Part shown: positions 18,501 to 24,251 of the stretch, one piece after another
How positions within the stretch are numbered: position 1 is the first letter of the stretch
Layout of the letters: the number at the start of each line of letters is the position of its first letter
Virus record (IMG/VR): IMGVR_UViG_3300046000_005595
Span: 1-24,251 of that record
Length of the DNA stretch: 24,251 bases
Source: a virus
Lineage: Duplodnaviria; Caudoviricetes
Reading direction: 5' to 3' (one strand)
Notes under the pieces: generated by a model
What the model was told of the DNA's origin: nothing
What the model saw: the letters and a program-made list of their open reading frames with translations, nothing else
The model's database searches: none
Made by a program: the position numbers and the translations under genes

Positions 18501-21500
18501 GATAGATTAAGTGTACAATTAAGTGGTGATGGTGAACAATATTGTGAAGAACCTGAAAATTGTCTTTTATCTTCAGATATTTTTATTGATATTGTTGGAA
18601 CAAAATTCAGTATTCAAAATGGTAATAACTGGCCATTTTATATATATACTAATTCTATAAATGGACATAGTGAAAATAGTAGTATTTTTATTGAAAAAGT
18701 TGAAGGGTACGATAATAGATTCAAATTAACAGGTATTACTGAAAACGATGTTATAGATTTCAATATTATTGATGCAGCAAATAATGAAGTTAAATTTAAA
18801 TTAGTAGGGTTAAAACCTAAAATGGAATATGATCCATTAACTACATCAAATGAAAAAAGTCACATTGAAATTTTCGAATTAATTGCATATCAGGGAACAA
18901 CTGGAAATACTATATCTAAAATTTCTGGTGTTACATTATGTGATGATTATGTGTGTTATACAATACAACCTAATGTAGAATATACTTCAAATTACAATTA
19001 TGGATTAAAAGAAAATAGTTTTGTTTTAGTTGTACCTCAAAATATTGTAATTAATGATTCAACAACAAAAGAAGAAATTGAATCGTATATATATGGTGGT
19101 ACAATAGATAAAAAAACAGTGTACGATTTACAAATAGGTGATTATATTTTATCTGTAAATTATTTACCTGTTTCAGGACTTACTAATCAACAATTTATTA
19201 ATGGTAATTATGGTGATTTATCTTTTATTTACAAATATTCAAAATTATTGGTAACTGATAAAATATGTTTAGGTTCAGTTAAAAAAAATATAATCACAGG
19301 TCAAACAAAAAATGGTAATATTGAAATATTTGAAGTTTTACCAAATACAGAATTACGTGTATATACAAATAAATATATTGAAAATTTTGGTTTAATAAAA
19401 AACGGTATCTATCATTTTGATGACAGATTTCCCGAGGAATTACAAATAAAATCGTTAACAATAGATGAACCATATGATAATGGAGATTTTTTAATTGACC
19501 AATATGGTAATTTAATTGAAGTTATTTCTGTAGATTTAAATTATAGTGATATTAGTTTATATTATAATATAAATGTTTCTAAAAATGGGAATATATTTTC
19601 TGACCAATTTTTGACAATATTTGGTGGTAATTTAAATCATCAACTATTAATGAGACATTTATATGATAAACATCCTAATGTTAGTTTTAAATCAGGACAA
19701 TATTATATTGACTCATTAAATTGTAACGTTATTCCATCAAATCAAGAACTTGAAAAATCTATTTTTGATTGTATTCCTTCAATAACCCCAACCCCAACTC
19801 TAACACAAACATTAACTAGTACTCCGACACAAACACCAACACAAACACCAACACAAACATTAACATCTACTCAAACACAAACACAAACATTAACTAGTAC
19901 TCCGACATCGACACCAACACAAACATTAACTACCACACCAACGCAGACACAAACACCAACACAAACACCAACACTAACTGAAACACAAACATTATTTGAA
20001 GAAGTTTATAAAACAGGTTCTTGTGATGAAATAATAGATTCTACTGGAAATTTAACTAATAAAGTTATTTATTACGTGACGGTTAACGTTGGTGAAGATA
20101 TTGGCAATATAATGTTAAATTATAATACTGGTGGTATTCCAGATAAAATTGAAGTTTATTTTGATGGAATATTAATAAGTGATTTAGGGTTTAGAGGTGA
20201 TGAGACGTTTAATTCTTTATTAAATAATTTAGGTTATCCATCAGTTAATGGTGGTGGTTTAGGTAGTTTTTCATTTAGTAAAAATTCATCATCTACTGAT
20301 GTTTTAATTAAAGTTACTTCGGTATTAAATTTCACGCCAAATTGGTCTATAGTTTGTAGTTGTGTTTTATCTCCAACACAAACACCAACACCAACTCTAA
20401 CACAAACATTAACTAGTACACCAACATTAACACCAACACAAACTGTCACACAAACTAGAACTAGTACACCAACATTAACACCAACACAAACTGTCACACA
20501 AACTAGAACTAGTACACCAACGCCAACTTTAACACAAACATTAACTAGTACACCAACACCAACACAAACTGTCACACAAACTAGGACTAGTACTTTAACA
20601 CCGACACCTACACAAACATTAACTAGTACACCGACACCTACACAAACATTAAGTGGAACACCAACGCCAACTATAACACAAACATTAACTAGTACTCCAA
20701 CACCTACACCAACACAAACATTAACTAATACACCAACACCAACACAAACATTAACTAGTACACCAACACAAACATTAACTAATACTCCTACATCAACATC
20801 TACATTAACACCAACACCAACTTTAACACCAACATCTACTTCTACACTCACACCAACACCAACACCAACAAATACGGGTACATCAACGCCTACACCAACA
20901 TTAACATCAACACCAACACCAACTCAAACAGGATTTGAATTAATTAATAAAACAGCATCTTGTGGTGAACAAGTTGACGCATCTGGTGGGACTGGTGGAA
21001 AATCAATTCAAACAATAACAATTGATACTGGCACATTAACTGGTTTTTTCACATTAGATTTTGATTCATATTATGTACCTGATAAATTTGAAGTGTTTTG
21101 GGATGGTAATAAAGTTATTGATACCGGTTTTAGAGGTAGTGATACCTTTAATGGTGTCTTAAATTCGTTAGGGTATCCTAATATTTCAGGTACTGGGTAT
21201 GATAGTATATCTTTTAATAAAACAAATGTTTCTCCTTCAATAGTAACTGTTGTAGTTACCGCACCTTTAGATGGAACAGTTTGGAATTTTATTTTAAATT
21301 GTCCACCCGTTCCAACATCAACACCAACACCAACTTCGACATTAACTTCTACACCGACTATAACATTAACTTCTACACCAACACAAACACCTACACTTAC
21401 ATCAACAAGAACAGTTACGCCAACACAAACCCTTACACAAACATTAACATCAACACCAACACCAACAAATATTTGTCATGAATTTAATATAATTGTGGGT

Positions 21501-24239
21501 TATGTTACATACGATTTAAATAATGAACCAATTTATAATTTGTTTAATAGTTGTTTTAATACCTGTCAATATTATAATGCAGTAGAACCAATAACAGTTA
21601 AAATTTATTCAAAAAGTCCAACTTTATTGCAAAATGTTGAAATATTCAATAACATAGATAGTTGTTTAAATGGTTCATCAGGGACCTCAACACCAACCTA
21701 TTTTTATTATTCTGGTACTAGTTATTGTTATGAAACAACTAGATTTACAGATTTAAAAACATATATAAGAAATATTAGTTCCTGTGGAAACGTAACACCG
21801 GTACCGACAAGAACATCAACATCTACACCAACCCCTACAAGAACATCAACATCTACACCAACCCCCACGCCAACAAGAACTCTTACACCAACAATAACAT
21901 CTACATCTACACCAACATTAACACAAACATTAACATCTACACCCACACCTACACCTACACCTACACCTACAGGGTTTGAATTAATATCAACGAATGGATT
22001 ATGTAATCAAGAAATTACATCAGCATCTGTAGGTTCATCTGGTGGTAGAGGGATATATACAATAACAATAGATGTTGGATCGCAAATAGGTGATGTTGTG
22101 TTAAATTATAATGCGTATAGTATTCCAGATAAGTTTGAAGTATATTGGGATGGTAATAAAGTTATAGATACGGGTTTTAGAGGTGATTCATCACTTAATC
22201 CTATATTAAATAATAATGGTTATCCATCAGTTTCAGGACCAGGAAATGGTAGTGTTTCTTTTAATAAAACAAAATCATCACCAACAACTATTACAGTTAT
22301 TATAACGGCACCTTTAAATGGAACTATTTGGAGTTTTTTCGTGAATTGTCCGACACCATTTACACAAACACCAACTCCTACACCAACACAAACACCAACT
22401 CCTACACCAACAACATCGGCACCAGAATCTATTATTTTAAATAAAAATTGTGGAGAAACAGTTAGTTCGGTTACGGGAGGTAAGTCTACACATACAATCT
22501 ATCTTGAAGTCGGAACAGAAGTTGGTGATATTATGTTAGATTACAAAGCATACAATATACCAGATAAATTTGAAATTTTCTGGGATGGTAATAAAGTTAT
22601 TGATACTGGTTTTAGAGGAGATTCAGGATATAATTCACAATTAATTAGTGAAGGTTATACTTCAGTTTCAGGACCAGGAATTGGTAGTGTTTCTTTTAAT
22701 AAATCAAAAAGTTTACCTTCAACAGTGACTGTTGTTGTTACCGCACCATTTAATGGTACTGCTTGGGATTTTATATTAAATTGTCCAACAACACCATTCA
22801 ATATAATTAACCAAAATATTACATGTGATAATACATTTACACAGGGAATATCTGAAAGAAGAAAATATTATTTGACAGTACCATTAGGATCTAGTACTGG
22901 TTATGTGACGACAACATATTCTTCAGGACAGATTCCTGAAAAATATGATTTTTATTTAGGTGATAACTTTTTAGTGACTACAGGATTTAGAGGGGATAAT
23001 TTAAATTATAATGAAGAATTAGCTAATGAAGGATATGAACCAATTTCAGGACCAGGTTCGGGTAGTTTCACGTTTTATAAATCAAGTGCTACACCAAATT
23101 ATGCTGTAATTGTTATAACCGCACCATTTAGTAGTTATTTTAGTGTAAATATGGGATGTCCAATATCATGTTTTATTTCAGGAACATATGTTGATAATTT
23201 TTCCTCTAGAATAAATGATATAGAAATACAATCAGATGGTAAAACATTAGTTGGTGGTCGTTTTATTGTTTACAATGGAAATAATGTAAACAATATTACT
23301 CGATTAAACTCAGATGGTTCCGTTGATAATACACTTAACATTGGAACAGGATTTAATAATGAAGTAAATGATATAGAAATACAATCAGATGGTAAAATAT
23401 TAGTTGCGGGTCTTTTTACGAGTTACAATGGAAATAGTAGAAATTATTTTACAAGATTAAATTTAAATGGGTCTATTGATAATACACTTAATATTGGAAC
23501 AGGATTTAATAACGAAGTAAATGATATAGAAATACTGTCTGATGGTAAAATATTAGTTGGGGGTCGTTTTACAAGTTACAATGGAAACGGAATGAATTAT
23601 TTTACAAGATTAAACTCAAATGGGTCTATTGATAATACACTTAACATTGGTACAGGGTTTAATAATGATGTTTCAACTATTAGGACACAATCAGACGGTA
23701 AAATATTAGTTGATGGATTTTTTACAAGTTATAATGGAAATAGTGTAAATGGAATTGTTAGATTAAATCCAAATGGGTTAATAGACAATACATTTAGTAC
23801 TGGTACAGGATTTTATAATAATAATTTTTCTGTTTATATATATGATATAAAATTAGATAATAGTAATGGAATTATTATTGTTGGTCAATTCACACGGTAT
23901 AATGGAATTGACGTGAATGGTATTATTAAATTAAGTTCAAATGGGTCAATAGACAATACATTTAATACTGGTACAGGATTTGATATTCCTCCTTCTAAAA
24001 TAAACATTCAATCAGATGGTAAAATATTAATTGGTGGTCGTTTTACAAGATATAATGGAATTGACGTGAATGGTATAGTAAGATTAAATTCAGATGGATC
24101 TATAGACACAACATTTGATTTGTATAATAATAATGGTGTAGATAATATAAAAACACTATCTAATAACCAAATACTTGTTAGTAGTGGTAATAGTTTTTAT
24201 CGAATAAATAAAGATGGGACAAATAACAATTGTCCATAA
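15555..24239 (+). CDS. Giant modular baseplate/adhesin-like protein (gp7/gpI-like N-terminus, Thr/Pro linkers, five repeat domains, Delta-60 beta-propeller)
   Basis: 2894 aa. LPDILLKNLSENLG...YKRLLVNLSFIFKSKGTRSSIEFFLKFLG (KSKGT at 16899-16913) resembles the KGT motif of T4 gp7 / P2 gpI wedge proteins. The C-terminal half is visibly repetitive. Confidence 0.8.
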   Translation: MANRKVPNQAANGSETFNDNLVGRQITTGSPSLANTVFEIDKVIPEKDEKSFRSEPFSEFITLEDINKKENIDVIEPTGQKNKKNSIRFKTNKRNADKSLFGSLKERLLVSITKIINKFPSGFEINASGPISNNSYSAYNITYDYGLNRTTFYIQESKIFNPFDISLITPNSLIKSPTENEIRNFYSSYTKYVILVNNENYPIINYTESNSSNEIILVVNGNPFNSETSYNKNFIIRPNDGIVEDFFSDLDDIEESLLNRETVPIYSSRFEIPSNSDDGSSITLQNVEYNWPLSSDGWNIAITGLEFETYVENLKTISDEVDNYKSNIMVRFLSSPQLFEFDTEDKRAQNVFQLYGQSFDNVKKYIDNIAYMRNVSYDGINNLPDILLKNLSENLGFSTTNLFDEKTLNDVLYTRSISSYEGSPIGLNLVESEYEFYKRLLVNLSFIFKSKGTRSSIEFFLKFLGAPEPLIKIDEYVYQVTSFPNSFDLEQDIYDVISGEKKYYVAEFNPTTYSYTKSETNGITNFSRYGYPVDENTGLPRRAFSESDDIFFEKGAGWYDVTLDHRSPTVIDNENSDLTGRTKIIKTKNKDYTYGEDYFDIYRTLPGLDTGFGLKSEIDNIKAHNIDSDSKLILNRKNISIHISASNSINYDIYRKSRDLGISFGSATLPPQTGVTFAEFVNNFIHKQVKNSHIIRYKKNYIVLEDIYRDYVSKAGFTSFTFIDSQEFVNKISPYWVKLIEQLLPSTTLWSGGNLIENNVFGRSKYQYKFGCQPKYFYEEVYPDFESAIIEDIETLIGEEENFRGLINLTGVTFYPVIEIDSKIFGGPNYDMLTDDMVVVVSGITNTTNSAKLFNPFPMTGSTDLISNDPINIALISEYKNYLNTDLNKIKSLWVRALINLINSMTISRNTSGYENYGPFTGTTGQTYSVETLPMLTYSITIGENGIELIKFSSCKYGIEDCSVKDYFSYRFETDYQIIKLTDRLSVQLSGDGEQYCEEPENCLLSSDIFIDIVGTKFSIQNGNNWPFYIYTNSINGHSENSSIFIEKVEGYDNRFKLTGITENDVIDFNIIDAANNEVKFKLVGLKPKMEYDPLTTSNEKSHIEIFELIAYQGTTGNTISKISGVTLCDDYVCYTIQPNVEYTSNYNYGLKENSFVLVVPQNIVINDSTTKEEIESYIYGGTIDKKTVYDLQIGDYILSVNYLPVSGLTNQQFINGNYGDLSFIYKYSKLLVTDKICLGSVKKNIITGQTKNGNIEIFEVLPNTELRVYTNKYIENFGLIKNGIYHFDDRFPEELQIKSLTIDEPYDNGDFLIDQYGNLIEVISVDLNYSDISLYYNINVSKNGNIFSDQFLTIFGGNLNHQLLMRHLYDKHPNVSFKSGQYYIDSLNCNVIPSNQELEKSIFDCIPSITPTPTLTQTLTSTPTQTPTQTPTQTLTSTQTQTQTLTSTPTSTPTQTLTTTPTQTQTPTQTPTLTETQTLFEEVYKTGSCDEIIDSTGNLTNKVIYYVTVNVGEDIGNIMLNYNTGGIPDKIEVYFDGILISDLGFRGDETFNSLLNNLGYPSVNGGGLGSFSFSKNSSSTDVLIKVTSVLNFTPNWSIVCSCVLSPTQTPTPTLTQTLTSTPTLTPTQTVTQTRTSTPTLTPTQTVTQTRTSTPTPTLTQTLTSTPTPTQTVTQTRTSTLTPTPTQTLTSTPTPTQTLSGTPTPTITQTLTSTPTPTPTQTLTNTPTPTQTLTSTPTQTLTNTPTSTSTLTPTPTLTPTSTSTLTPTPTPTNTGTSTPTPTLTSTPTPTQTGFELINKTASCGEQVDASGGTGGKSIQTITIDTGTLTGFFTLDFDSYYVPDKFEVFWDGNKVIDTGFRGSDTFNGVLNSLGYPNISGTGYDSISFNKTNVSPSIVTVVVTAPLDGTVWNFILNCPPVPTSTPTPTSTLTSTPTITLTSTPTQTPTLTSTRTVTPTQTLTQTLTSTPTPTNICHEFNIIVGYVTYDLNNEPIYNLFNSCFNTCQYYNAVEPITVKIYSKSPTLLQNVEIFNNIDSCLNGSSGTSTPTYFYYSGTSYCYETTRFTDLKTYIRNISSCGNVTPVPTRTSTSTPTPTRTSTSTPTPTPTRTLTPTITSTSTPTLTQTLTSTPTPTPTPTPTGFELISTNGLCNQEITSASVGSSGGRGIYTITIDVGSQIGDVVLNYNAYSIPDKFEVYWDGNKVIDTGFRGDSSLNPILNNNGYPSVSGPGNGSVSFNKTKSSPTTITVIITAPLNGTIWSFFVNCPTPFTQTPTPTPTQTPTPTPTTSAPESIILNKNCGETVSSVTGGKSTHTIYLEVGTEVGDIMLDYKAYNIPDKFEIFWDGNKVIDTGFRGDSGYNSQLISEGYTSVSGPGIGSVSFNKSKSLPSTVTVVVTAPFNGTAWDFILNCPTTPFNIINQNITCDNTFTQGISERRKYYLTVPLGSSTGYVTTTYSSGQIPEKYDFYLGDNFLVTTGFRGDNLNYNEELANEGYEPISGPGSGSFTFYKSSATPNYAVIVITAPFSSYFSVNMGCPISCFISGTYVDNFSSRINDIEIQSDGKTLVGGRFIVYNGNNVNNITRLNSDGSVDNTLNIGTGFNNEVNDIEIQSDGKILVAGLFTSYNGNSRNYFTRLNLNGSIDNTLNIGTGFNNEVNDIEILSDGKILVGGRFTSYNGNGMNYFTRLNSNGSIDNTLNIGTGFNNDVSTIRTQSDGKILVDGFFTSYNGNSVNGIVRLNPNGLIDNTFSTGTGFYNNNFSVYIYDIKLDNSNGIIIVGQFTRYNGIDVNGIIKLSSNGSIDNTFNTGTGFDIPPSKINIQSDGKILIGGRFTRYNGIDVNGIVRLNSDGSIDTTFDLYNNNGVDNIKTLSNNQILVSSGNSFYRINKDGTNNNCP
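19776..22421 (+). repeat. Five Thr/Pro-rich mucin-like low-complexity linkers
   Basis: Approximately 19776-19991, 20370-20930, 21303-21467, 21792-21971 and 22350-22421, built from TPT/TQT/TLTS units. The DNA is A/C-rich and G-poor. Confidence 0.95.
19998..23159 (+). repeat. Five copies of a ~120-aa domain with core (I/V)P(D/E)K...(D/T)(T/L)GFRG
   Basis: Copies at about 19998-20366, 20931-21302, 21972-22349, 22422-22784 and 22797-23159. Copies 2-4 share WDGNKVIDTGFRG exactly. Each has a Cys near the start and ends in Cys (CP in four of five). Confidence 0.92.
20412..20521 (+). repeat. Perfect 48-nt tandem repeat (~2.3 copies) in linker 2
   Basis: ACTAGTACACCAACATTAACACCAACACAAACTGTCACACAAACTAGA at 20412 and 20460, with a partial third copy from 20508. 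Confidence 0.92.
23196..24236 (+). repeat. Delta-60 / DUF5122-type beta-propeller repeats (six clear plus one degenerate)
   Basis: ~51-aa units IEIQSDGKILVGGxFTxYNG...RLNSxGSIDNTxNxGTGF. The 153-nt period is visible in the DNA (gataatacactta at 23325, 23478 and 23631). Confidence 0.9.
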
Positions 24240-24242
24240 ATT

Positions 24243-24251
24243 ATGAAAAAA
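24243..24251 (+). CDS. Probable start of the next gene (MKK...), truncated by the window edge
   Basis: ATG 3 nt after the TAA of the giant gene, consistent with the tight packing of the operon. Only three codons are visible. Confidence 0.35.

Noticed and set aside
20234-21946. Minus-strand Val/Gly-rich ORFs (20234-20851, 21728-21946) and the plus-strand Asn/Thr ORF 21281-21481
   Set aside because: These are shadows of the Thr/Pro codon repeats, which lack stops in alternative frames. There is no independent coding evidence.
20931-24100. Diversity-generating retroelement TR/VR pair or CRISPR array among the repeats
   Set aside because: All repeats are in-frame coding units. Their differences are not adenine-specific, there is no repeat-spacer structure, and no reverse transcriptase or cas gene is in the window.
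9-24239. Stop-codon reassignment, since all nine genes end in TAA
   Set aside because: About 8000 codons read through in the standard code with no in-frame TAG or TGA, so nothing here indicates recoding. TAA preference is expected in AT-rich DNA.

Overview
This is a very AT-rich, densely coded, all plus-strand segment of a large myovirus-type (probably jumbo) phage. A Bacteroidota-type host is inferred from the lack of Shine-Dalgarno motifs, a eukaryote/Bacteroidota-like NrdA and Delta-60 propeller repeats. The window opens inside a class Ia ribonucleotide reductase alpha gene carrying two LAGLIDADG inteins. One sits at the catalytic thiyl Cys. The other sits in specificity loop 2 and is followed by Gly instead of the Cys/Ser/Thr that canonical splicing needs. 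A GC-richer ~90-nt element with a possible pseudoknot and a terminator follow. The rest is a baseplate/tail operon: gp25-like, gp6/J-like, five uncharacterised structural genes and a 2894-aa protein. That protein has a gp7/gpI-like N-terminus, a probable dead Hint-like domain, Thr/Pro linkers, five Cys-bracketed repeat domains and a C-terminal beta-propeller. The best leads are (1) the Gly+1 intein, (2) a [S/T]-G-x-T motif found about 40 times in five structural proteins but never in NrdA, gp25 or gp6 (possible modification sequon), and (3) the candidate structured RNA. All calls are by eye; no searches were run.
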